Shown here: piece by piece, positions 12,901 through 24,900 of the stretch
Numbering within the stretch: position 1 is the stretch's first letter
Layout of the letters: the number at the start of each line of letters is the position of its first letter
Source of the DNA: Azolla caroliniana
Taxonomy: Eukaryota > Plantae > Polypodiophyta
Length of the DNA: 64,000 nucleotides
Reading direction: 5' to 3'
Assembly (NCBI GenBank): GCA_043228905.1
Contig: JBHGNT010000001.1
Span: forward strand, 12,896,001-12,960,000
Translations under genes and position numbers: made by a program
The notes under the pieces: model-generated
Database searches by the model: none
The model's input: the letters and a program-made list of their open reading frames with translations, nothing else
What the model was told of the DNA's origin: nothing

Positions 12901-15900
12901 CTCCGGCGCTCCAGAAGGCTGTCTACGAGAAGGGTACCCCGGTATACATAACGGTGGATACGAGCCCGACCGGGATCGGATGGGTCGTCAACCAAGAAGA
13001 CGAGGACGGCACCCGGTTCCCGATCCGATTCGGCGCTAAGGTCCTCAGTGAGCGACAGCGAGGGTACGCCCAGGTTAAACGTGAACTCTGGGGTATCGTT
13101 TCGGCAGTAAAGGCGGACAAAGACTACCTGATCGGGACAGAAGTGATTATCGAGATGGATTGCCTGCCGATTCTTGGCATGGTTTCTGGATGCGCGACAC
13201 CGGACCTGGCGATGCTCAGGTGGATAGCGTACATCAAGTCCCTGGACCCAGAGATACGACACAGTTCCGGAAAGGACAACGCCATGGCCGACATGCTTTC
13301 GAGGGCGAGGTTTGATGACGAGGGCAGCATGGTTTCGGAGGACGAAGAAGTCAGCGTGGACTTCTTCAAGGCGGCGTACGCAACGACCGATGGGACGAGC
13401 ACTCCGGCACTTAACGGCTTCGACGAGAGCAAGTACGACGGCGAGTGCCTGCGGATCGGTGGTTTCTTGAGGACAATGAGGCCGGATGCGTCGTGGACGA
13501 GAGACGAGGCCAACCGGATCCGGAAGAAAGCTTACCAATTCTTTCTCTGGGACGGATACTTATGGAAGCACCCGAAGAAGAGGAACGACGTCCCGCTCCG
13601 GGTGGTGGCGATGAAGGAAGAACAGGAGGAGCTGCTGACGGCCTACCACGACAGCCCTTGGGCCGGACACCGTGGAACCTGGGCCACGTTCGAGAAGATA
13701 AAGGGGAAGTACTGGTGGCCGGGACTGTACCGGGACGTGCATCGATTTGTGACAACTTGCGAGAGCTGTCAGATGCACTCCATAGTCCGACACCGGGACG
13801 AACTTCACCCTACATACCCTCCGACCATCCACTTCAAACGGATGGTAGACCTGGTAACGATGCCGATAGGAGTAGGACAGATGCGGTATCTGGTCCTGGC
13901 TCGGGAAGATCTAACGAACCAGGTGGAAGGCCGGGCCCTTCAGAACAAAACGAATGCGGCCATATGTCGGTTCCTGCTCGAGGACGTAATATGCCGGTAC
14001 GGGTGCGTCGGGAAGATCGTGGCTGATCGTGTTGTCTGTCTGGCCGGACTAGCCTCAACACAGGTGTCTATCCGACACTTCTCCAAAGGGGTGGTAAGGA
14101 TTGGATGCTAGATTATACGCATAAGATGATTACAATTAAGCACGGACAGCAAACAATACGAGATACAGATAAATACACAATAAGTACTATTGTATTACTT
14201 CCGTCGAAACACTTTACAAATCATCGGATCCTTTTATAGGCATCCGGCAAGGTTACAATCGGTGCGCTTAGGCAACCGACATCCGAATCGGTTCGGATCC
14301 GGATCGGTACAACTGTACCGAATCCGTCCCTCCGAATAATAATTCTACTATTACTTCCTATTATCCGATCCGCCTTCCCACTTGTCCTTGCTCTTCTGAC
14401 CGGCCAACACATGGCACGCCCGTGGGAAAGTTCCTTGCACTTCGAATCCACACCCGGCTCAGTCTTCCTCCAAAATATCGAGCACACTTTGCTCGATAGT
14501 GTCAAGTGGTGCTTCTTCCTCCTGTTCCTGTTCCTTGCCTGCCTGGTCTCCGACCTCCTGTTGGGTAGGTTGTTCCGTAAAAAATTTCTGCTCCGGCTCT
14601 ACTTGATTCCGTGGTGCTGGTGCTTCCTCACCGCTTCGTCCGGATTCTTCCTGTTCTCCCTCCGTTCCTGGCTCTGTTCTGTTACCGGTGTCGCTTTCTC
14701 CGGTCTCGACTGGTCGACTTGATATGCCTCCTTCCTCTGCTCTAGTGTCTTCCGGTCTCAGCTCTTCTTCTTCTCCGGCATTGGTCCGCTCCTGCTCTTC
14801 TTCTTCTCCGGCATCGGTCCGCTCCTGCTCTTCTTCGAGTTCGTCTTCAGGTATTCCTTGTCGGGTTTGTTCGGTGTCGGTTGGTTCATCTTCATCCGGT
14901 CGCGTTCCCTCACCAATAGTGGTTGGCGTCGTTCTTCCCTTAGCTTCCTGTCGTACCCGGTCCTGCTCGTATCTCTCCAACTCCAACTGAGTTGCGAGCT
15001 GCCCGTCATCCAACCTCTCTACCAACCCTCGGATTTCTTTGAGGTGTTCTTCTACTAAAGTGTAGAAATCCTCCGACAATTCCTCCCGAATGGCGACGAT
15101 ACTTTCTTCATCCATCTTGTAGAACCTGTCGCCGGTCTTCTTCCGATTCTCAGCATCCGCTCGGAGTGTCTGCAGCTCGGCTGCCTGTTGTGACCACTCC
15201 TTCCATAGCTTTTCCGTACTTTCGTTGATACTTGCCTGAGCTCGGGTACTCCATCCTGACATGATGAGCTTGATTCGGTCAACTCCTGCCTTAGCATGCG
15301 CATAAGCTTCCTGCTTTTCCTTCCTTGCCCGTTTTATAATGTCGGCCATTATCTGAGCCTGGGCCTCGTAATCTGCTTTCTGCTTTTCATAGGTACTCTG
15401 CAGTTTGCTGATCGTGAAGGTCGATTTTTCCTTTTCTTCATTCCTGATCTTGGTCAGGTCCAGCTTTTCCCGCCTTAGCGCCTCTAATTCCTTCCTTCTC
15501 TCCGTTGCTTGGGCTATTTCCACCGACAATGCTTCCTTGTTGGCACTGACCTCATCCATCGCCTTAGCCAGGTCTAATCGGGTCTCTTTGAGCTGCTCTT
15601 TCAGCTTCTCTATTTGCCGGTCGTAGTCTGCTGCTCGTTTTTTGTTGTCCGACTCGGCCTGCTTGTGATCTCTGTAGAGACGGTCGAAGTCCTCCGTCTT
15701 CTGCTTCAGGTGTCGGGTTGCCTGAGCTCTTAACCGATCGTCCCGGTCCTTCTGTTGTCGGAGTTCTTCCTGCAGTCGTTCTATCTCTTGTTCGGCATGT
15801 CGACGTAGTCGGTCCTTCTCCTTCTGCAGCTTCTCTTTTTCTTCTTGCAGTCGGTCATTAGCGGCTCGACCTTTCCGGAGGCCTTCTTCCATTTTTCGTC

Positions 15901-18900
15901 TGTCATCCTCCACCGCTTTCCGCTGCTCCCTTTCTCTTTCCCTTAATGCCTCCTGAGCTTGTAACTCCTCTCGTAAGGTTTCTATTATTTTTTCGGTCTC
16001 AGGGCCGGTTTGCAAGGCTACCGGTTCCGGTTCTGGTTGCTTCCTTGTTGTCCCGACTGGCTCGGTGACAGCTTGAGCTTGTTGGATTCCTTCCCTTGCC
16101 TGCAACAGCTCCCCTTGCATTTCCTCGATCTGTGTTCAGAGCGCGACCAACTTCTGCGTTGTTGTATGCGTCAGCTGTTGCCGACACGTTTCTTCTTTCT
16201 CTAACTGGTCCGCTACTCCCGATAACTGCTCCGAAAGCCATCTCAGCCATTGTGGCTTTGTTCTTCCGATTTCGGGGTGGCCTTGCTCACTTAAGCCAGG
16301 CTGATTTTCCGGCCTCTTCTCTGGCTCCGGCTCCGGCGCTCGTTCCTTCTTCTTCTCTGGGATGACCGGTTTTCTGAAGTCCGGCCCAACCGGTGTCGGT
16401 GCTGCTTCCCTGGGTACAGGTTCCGGTGCTATTTCCGCCTCGGCTACTGGAGATGGTTCTTGCGCCCTCTGCTGAGTTCTGTCCACTGGTGGAGCCGGTC
16501 CTTTCGCCCGTTTCTCCCGACCTTGTCTTGCTGGGAGTCTTACCAGGGGTTCGGATGAGTCTTCTGTTTCAGTTTCCTCCTCCGGTGCGGGTACCAGACG
16601 GACCTTTTGTCTAGAGACCTCTGGTTCCGGTTCCAGCCGTCGCAGCGTTATATGGATTGGTTTGCGCGCTACCGGTTCCTCCTCAGCCGCTTTCCCTTTG
16701 CCTTTACCTGCCGGTTTTGCCTTTGTGGCCGGTTCCGGTTGCTGTCGGGATGGTCCTTCCCCCTGCTGTTCTGCTTCTTGCGGGGTCCATCCGGGGGTGT
16801 GTTTCTCCAAGATCTGTCGGCGCTTTGTGACCTGTTTCGGCGTCGTCTCCTGCCGACCTCTTTTCTTTTGTGTGATGGGGAGTACCGGTGGGACTAACAC
16901 CGTTAGCCATTGTGCTATCCCGGCCCATGGCCTTTTTCCTTCCACCAGATTTTTGATGGCCTCCTTCAATCCTTCGGTTATGAAATGGAGCCAGTCTATT
17001 TGTAAGCCCTCGTACGCTGCTATCAAGAATGTTGCCCGATACTTGGCTATGGCTGGGGGACGGGGATTCACGAATCCGTATTCCATCATAGCGCGGGCTA
17101 CTTCTCCGAACCGCAGGTTCTCTCCGCCCTGCGTTCGGTACGCCTTGCTGCTGATAGAGTATTCCCCGAAATATTCGAACAGGATTTCACTGGAAAGGTT
17201 TTCGATTGTTTGCAGTCCTCCTGCTTTGATCCCCGTGAGTGCCTGCACCGCTCCTTCCGTGACTTCTGATATATCGATCGATGCTGCCGCCTGCTCTGGT
17301 TCTGCGTGTGGTGGAGCGTCGGCGATCCGCAGCAAGCCTTTTAACCCATTCTCCCTCATCCATTGGCGTGCCTCTTCCGACAGTACCATTGCTTCGAATT
17401 CTTCGTCTGCTGCCTGGTGTTCGGGATCGCGCTGTGTGTGCTCTGTGCGGCGGGTCGCTCTTCTGTGCTTCTGCGCCTGTATGTAGGAAAATTCGTAAAA
17501 CGTGAGCCCTTCGCAGGCCTGTGTCTTATATAGTTGGTTGTGCCTCGAGCCGTCCTTTTTCGTTTCCCGTGCATGTTCCTCTCCCGCCATAATTAGTATG
17601 TCCTTTCTTGTTTGCCGCGTGTGAGTGCCCACGTTCTCTGCTTTAAATAGCAAGTGCGCACACGTCCTTCTTTAATGCATGGCGCCTCTTCGTTGCATGG
17701 TGGCGCTCCCACCTCTTGTGATCTCCCCATCATTACGATGATTCGCGTCGATTCTGCCCACGTCATTTTTTTTTTTTTTTTTTTTTTCTTTTCTTTTCTT
17801 TTGCTTGGACCACGTCATTTGCTGGTCCCCCCCGCTTTGTTCGGGTCGGTTCGGGTCGGTTCGTGTCGGTTTTCCGGGATGGTCCTCGTCAGTATCGATG
17901 TCGGTTCTTCCTCGGTCTGAATGTCTTCAGCAGCGTCTGTCGGTGTCGGTTCTTCCTCTTGCCGGATTTCCGGGTTTCGCTTGAACGGGTTGGCTGGCAT
18001 ATTTCCTTTATACGGCTTTAGCCGAAATCCATTTGCCCACTTGCCGATGACATCTCCAGACAACGTGCCGAGCTTATACGACCCATTGTACTCCTTGGTG
18101 ATCCAGAACGGTCCGGTCCATCGAAACCGCAACTTTCCCGGCATGTTCCCCATCCTTGTCTGGAATAGTAGCACCAGTTTCCCGACTTCGAACTCCTTTT
18201 CATTGCCACGCCGGTGTCGGTCCACGAAGGCTTTTCTCCTCCTTTGCTCCAGTTCGAGTTGTAGTAAGCTGGCTATTCGGTTTTCCTCTAATTCCAACAA
18301 CGTTGCCAGTCGGATTCGTTCGGACTCGTTCTCACTTAAGCGCTCCTTTACCTGAATCCGTAAGCTGGGGATCTGGAACTCTACCGGCATGACCGCTTCT
18401 AACCCGAATGCTAGTCGGAACGGGGTTGTCCGGATGCTGGTTTTGTACGTTGTTCGGTACGCCCATAGCGCGCTTTGCAATTTCGTATCCCAGTCGGTCC
18501 GGTTCTCGTTGACGATTTTTCGTAGGATGTTCTGCAGAGTTTTGTTCGTTGATTCCGCTAGTCCATTGGCTTGAGGGTAGTAGGGTGTACTCTTTTTATG
18601 TACCACCGCGTAAAATGACGTCAGGCTTTCTACTACCTGCCCGAGAAAATGTCCTCCTTGGTCACTTATAAGCTCGATCGGGCATCCATACCGGCACCAT
18701 ATGCATTCGTACAGAAACTTTGCCGTGGACGCGGCCGTGTTGTCCCGTAAGGCCTTTGCTTCTACCCATTTGGTGCAATAGTCGGTCGCCACTATGACAT
18801 ACCGATTTCCGGTTCGCATTGCCGGTGGTTTGAAGGGACCGACAAAATCCAACCCCCACTTTTGAAACGGTTCTAAGGGCAAGACCGGGTGGTGTGGCAT

Positions 18901-21900
18901 CCGGGCCTGCTCTGTGGGTTGGCCCAGTCGTTGACACAAATCGCATTCTCTGCTATACTTCACGGCTTCTTCTAGGGTGGTCGGCCACCACAGTCCGCTC
19001 TGCCATATTTTCCGAGCAGTTGCGTCGCCGGCATAATGCCCACCGGCAATTCCACAGTGGGCTTCCCTGAGGATTAGATCCTTCTCATCGCTCCGCACTG
19101 CTCGCCTCCAGATGCCATCTGCCCCCTTGTGATAGAGGGTGTCTCCAACCAAGCAGAAATGTCTACTTCTTACTGCTACCCTTTTCCTTTCATCGCGGTC
19201 CATGTTATCCGGGGGAACTCCGGTGCTCAGGAACTGGTGCATCTCAGTTAGCCATGTGTCTTCGTCGGCTACCGTTGTATCCGTTGCCGGTTTCGTCGTG
19301 ATCCGGAACAATTCGGCGTCGGGAAACTCATCCTGGACGCCGTCCCCTGCTTCCCCGGATTCAAGTCTGCTTAGATAGTCGGCTACCGCATGTTGCGCCC
19401 CGGGTCGGTGGAAAATGTCGAATTCAAATTCCTGTAGTAGCAGTGTCCACCGTGCAATTTTTCCCGTCAGGGATGCCTTCGAGACCAAGTAGAGTAGTGC
19501 CGAATGGTCGACATGGAAGGAAAACTTCCTTCCGAGCAGATAGTGCCTGTACTTTGTGACACTGTACACCATTCCCAATGCCTCGCGTTCCGTCGTAGAG
19601 TAATTCCGTTCGGCTTTTGAGAGTTTCCGGCTGGCGTAGTACACCGGTCGGTACCATTTCGGCTCTGTGAGTTGCATCAGAACGCTGCCGATTGCTACGT
19701 CCGACGCGTCGACGAAGACGTGAAAGCTTTTACTCCAATCCGGCGGTTGCACCACCGGAGCTTGCGACAGCATGACCTTCAACGCTCCAATCCGTCTCTG
19801 CCCATAGGAAGGGTACCCTATGTACGGCGGTATGTAACGGTGTAGCGAAGTCCGCGAGGTGCCGTATTGTAGAGAAATCGACGCTCCGATTAACCTTCAC
19901 CACTCGGCCACAACCGAGTAAGCACGAATCAACGCAGCAGAAAATAGGAACCACAGAGAAAGAACACGAATACACAGGGATTAACGTGGAAAACCCTAGA
20001 CGGGAAAAACCACGGGAGTACAAGACTCCAAACCAAAACTATGCACAGAGAGATATACAATGGCGAGCTGCAAGGCGACGACCTTGAGCTCGTTGTCCTC
20101 GCCACAGGCGGCGGAAATACACAGAGGCGTCGACCTCCTCCTCTCTCACGCTCTATCTCTCTCACGGCTGCTCTCTCTTCACTCCTCTTGAGTGGAAAAA
20201 CAGAAAAATGAGTAGCAACATCAAAACTGTTTGCCCTAAGTCATATTTATACACATATGACTTTGGGGCTATTTACAACTATAGCCTCAAGGGCCCTTGG
20301 CAAACATATTCACAGATATGTCCCCGCATCCGGATCTCGCTCCGGGTACATTCGTCATCCGGCTCCGAAGCCGGGGTCTTCATCATCCGGTTCCGAAACC
20401 GAAACCGGGCTTGTCGGCATTCATCTCCGATATCCGACCATCCCATCCGAAGGGACCGTAATCCCAACAAACTCCCCCTTCACTTCGGCATGGGATGTCT
20501 CTCCAATCCGATCCTCTTCCGGCATGCTTCCAGCTTGTCGGGCGTGAGCACCTTGGTCAGCATATCCGACCCGTTCTCGTCCGTGTGGACCTTCGTCAGC
20601 ACGAACTCCTTCTCTTCTATCCTTTCCCGGATCCAGTGATATCTTCGCTGGATGTGCTTCGTCCGGGAGTGATAGGCCGCGTTCTTTGCAAGGTGGATTG
20701 CACTCTGACTGTCGCAGTAGAGTCGGTACTCCTCCTGTCGGATACCGAGCTCTCTAATGAAGTCCTTCATCCATATTATTTCCTTGCCGGCTTCAACAGC
20801 CGCCATGTACTCCGCCTCCGTGGTTGACAACGCAACCGTCTTCTGCAGCCTCCGTCGAGTTCGGGCTTACCGGAGCCGAATCGGAGGCACACGTTTGCCG
20901 TGCCCTTCAGGTATCGGAGTATCCACTTGGCCGCGTTCCAATGCTCTTTGCCGGGATTGCTCATGTACCGGCTCACCACTCCGACTGCATATCCTATGTC
21001 CGGTCGGGTACACACCATTGCGTACATCAAGCTCCCGACGGCAGAGGCATATGGTACCTTCATCATGTCCTCCTTCTCAGCCTTTGTCTTGGGGCTTTGC
21101 TTGCTGGACAATTTGCAGTTTGCCGGGAGTGTTGACCCGACCGGTCTTGCTTCCGACATGTTGAACCGGTGAAGCACCTTTGTCACGTACTTCTCCTGTG
21201 ACAGCCACAACTGCTTCTTCTTCCGGTCCCGGATGATGTGCATCCCTAGTATTTGTCTCGCCGGACCCAGGTCCTTCATTGAGAAGGTTCGGTGAAGAGC
21301 CTTCTTCAGCATCCGTATCTTGACCTGGTCTCGTCCGACGATCAACATGTCGTCCACGTACAGGAGGAGTATTAGAAAGTCTCCTCCTTCGAACTTCTTC
21401 ACAAACACGCAGTGGTCGGACTGCGTTTTGAGGTACCCTTCGTCGGTCATGAAGGAGTCGAACTTCCGGTACCATTGTCGGGGAGCCTGCTTCAGTCCGT
21501 AAAGGCTCTTCTTCAACCGGCATACCAGGTGCTCCTTCCCTTTCTTCTCGAATCCTTCCGGTTGCTGCATGTAGATCTCTTCTTCGAGGTCACCGTGAAG
21601 GAATGTCGTCTTCACGTCCATCTGTTCTACCTCGAGGTCCATGCTTGCCGCTATGCTCAGCACCGTCCGGATGGAGGTCATCTTCACTACCGGGGCAAAT
21701 ATCTCGTCGAAGTCGACGCCCTTCTTCTGCTGAAACCCCTTCACCACGATCCTGGCTTTGTATCTCGGGGGGTTTCCGGCATCTCCCGGTTTCAGCTTGA
21801 ACACCCACTTGTTACGGAGTGCCCGTTTTCCTTTCGGCAGCTCCACAAGTTCATATGTGTGGTTCTCATGCAGGGAATCCATCTCGTCCTGCATGGCACT

Positions 21901-24900
21901 CAACCACCTGCGGCTCTGGGTGTCATGCTTTGCTTCTTCAAAGCTCTCCGGCTCCCCCTCGTCGGTTAGCAACAGGTGCTCTGGTTCCGGAAATCTCCGG
22001 GGGGCCCTTCTCTCTCTTAGAGGATATCTCCGTTCCGGAGCTTCGGTAACCGGTTCTTCCGATTCTTCTTCATCCGAATCCATTTCGGGATCGGGGCCGG
22101 TTCCGGTATCATTTTCATCTTCTTTGGCCGGTTCTGTTTCTTCACCGTCTTCGGCCGGATCCTCGAGTGTTAACCGGTCCCTTGCCGGTCGGGACTGCTC
22201 CTCGTAGAGTTGATCCTCACCGGTCGACTTTGAGCTCTTCATCTTCTTCTCCGACTCCCAGTCGGCGAGTGTCTTGTTCTCCATGAAGATGATATCACGA
22301 CTCCGGAATATCTTCTTGTCGACCGGGTCCCATACTCGGTAGCCGAACTCGTCATCGCCGTAACCGAGGAATATGCATGGCCGGGTCTTTGGATCTAGCT
22401 TTCCTCTCCGGTCCTTTGCCACATGCACGTATGCGAGACACCCGAACACCTTCAGATGTCGGTAAGATACTTCCCTACCGGTCCACACTCTCTGCGGCGT
22501 GTCTCCGTCCAAAGGTACTGAGGGTGATCTGTTTATCACATATGTCGCCGTCGACATTGCCTCAGCCCAAAACCCCTTGGGTAATTTCGCATGCGCCAGC
22601 ATACTCCGGACCCTCTCCATTATGGTCCGGTTCATCCTCTCGGCCAGCCCGTTCAGTTCCGGCGTCTTCGGCACAGTAAACTCGAGCCGGATTCCCTTCG
22701 AGCGACAGTACTCCTGGAACTGTCCCCGGTATTCCCCTCCGTTATCCGCTCGTATCGCTTTCAGCTTCTTGCCGGATTCTCTTTCCACTCTCGCGTGGAG
22801 TTCTTTGAAGACGGACAACACTTGGTCCTTTGTCTTCATCGGTGCCGTCCACAGTCTTCGGCTATGATCATCTATGAATGTTACGAAGTACTGGGCTCCG
22901 CCATGTGACTTCGTTTCTACCTGACACACATCGGTGTGCACCAACTCCAATGGTGCGCTACGTCTCGTCGGTGGCCTTGAGTGGAAGGAGGTTCGGTTCT
23001 GCTTACCGGCCAGGCAATCGGTGCACTTCTCTAGGTGCACATGCTTCACTGGAATAAGGTTGTCTTCTGCAAGCCTCTTCATCCCCTTCTCACTCATGTG
23101 GCACAGTCTTTTGTGCCACAGCTCACCGGCAGTGTCGGCTGCCACATTCAGCTCTTCCGGACATAACCGGGCATTCATCAGGTACAGTGTGTTGATCTTC
23201 CGGGCCCGAGCCACTATCAGGCTCCCTTTGCTGAACTTCATTACGCCGTTCCGGATGCTACCTGTGTAGCCTTCATCGTCTAGCCTCCCGGCCGAAATCA
23301 GGTTCAATCGAACCTCCGGAACGTGTCGGACATCCTTCAGCAGCATTTTACATCCGGTCGAGGTTGTCAACCACACGTCTCCTATGCCGGCGATCCGGCA
23401 CGTACCTTCATTTCCCATCCGAACACAGCCATGCTCACCGGCTGTGTAGGATGAGAAGTATCTTCTTTCCGGGGTCAGGTGGAACGACGCTCCGGAATCG
23501 ACCACCCAGGTCGTCTCATCGCCGGCAATGTTTAGCTCACCTTCTTCGGTGATGAGCATGATTTCTTCCTCACTTGCCGCGAGTGCCGTCGTTCCTTTCC
23601 TGTCCTGCCCTCGCCGATCCGAACCATTCCAGTCCGTGGCTCCCCGGTAAGCACCGTTCCGTTCCGAAGACTTCTTCGAATCGGTGTCGTCGGCTCCGTT
23701 GTCTTTTCGGTAATGCCGACAATTCTTTCGGAAGTGCCCCGGCTTCCCACAGTGGAAGCATGTGGGTCTTCCTCTTGACTGCGACCGGGTCCCCGACTTC
23801 TCCCGTCTTTGCGGACTCCGGTTCCGTTGTCTTCCCCGATCCGATTCGGTAAACAACATCTTCGGATCGGAGGCCGGTTCTTTATCTCTCCGACGCGCTT
23901 CTTCGTTCAAAATACTTGTCTTTACCGTTTGTAGGGACAAGTTATCTTCGGTGCAGGAGGTGCTGAGAGTCACCACCAAGTTCTCCCAGCTTTCCGGCAA
24001 TGTACACATCAGGATGATGGCTTGCATTGCATCCTCCAACGGGAACTTGATCGCCGCAAGCTGGTTCACGAATCCCATGAACGTGCTTACGTGTTCCACC
24101 ATACTCTCGCCGTCCCGGTACTTGAGGTTCACTATCTTCCTCATCAGGGAGGTCCGGTTCAACGCATTCTTCCTCTCGTAGAGGCCCGACAGCTTCCGCC
24201 ACATCTCATATGCGTTGGTGTCGTTCGCCACATGTTGTAGAACGCTCACGTCTACGTATTGCCGAATGGTTGCTACGGCTTTCCGGTTCAGAAGCCTCCA
24301 TTCCGACTCAAGTACCCCCTTCGGTATTTCCGACCTGTCGATCGGTTCGTACAGGTCCCGAACAATCAGAAGATCCTCCATCTTGATCTTCCAGTCGGCG
24401 TAATTCTGTGCATTCAGCACCATCATCCCCGGCTGCCCGCTGCCGCCGCCTTCCATTTTCTGCAGCAGTCGCTCTGATACCAGTTTGTAGAGAAATCGAC
24501 GCTCCGATTAACCTTCACCACTCGGCCACAACCGAGTAAGCACGAATCAATGCAGCAGAAAATAGGAACCACAGAGAAAGAACACAAATACACAGGGATT
24601 AACGTGGAAAACCCTAGACGGGAAAAACCACGGGAGTACAAGACTCCAAACCAAAACTATGCACAGAGAAATATACAATGGCGAGCTGCAAGGCGACGAC
24701 CTTGAGCTCGTTGTCCTCGCCACAGGCGGCGGAAATACACAGAGGCGTCGACCTCCTCCTCTCTCACGCTCTATCTCTCTCACGGCTGCTCTCTCTTCAC
24801 TCCTCTTGAGTGGAAAAACAGAAAAATGAGTAGCAACATCAAAACTGTTTGCCCTAAGTCATATTTATACACATATGACTTTGGGGCTATTTACAACTAT

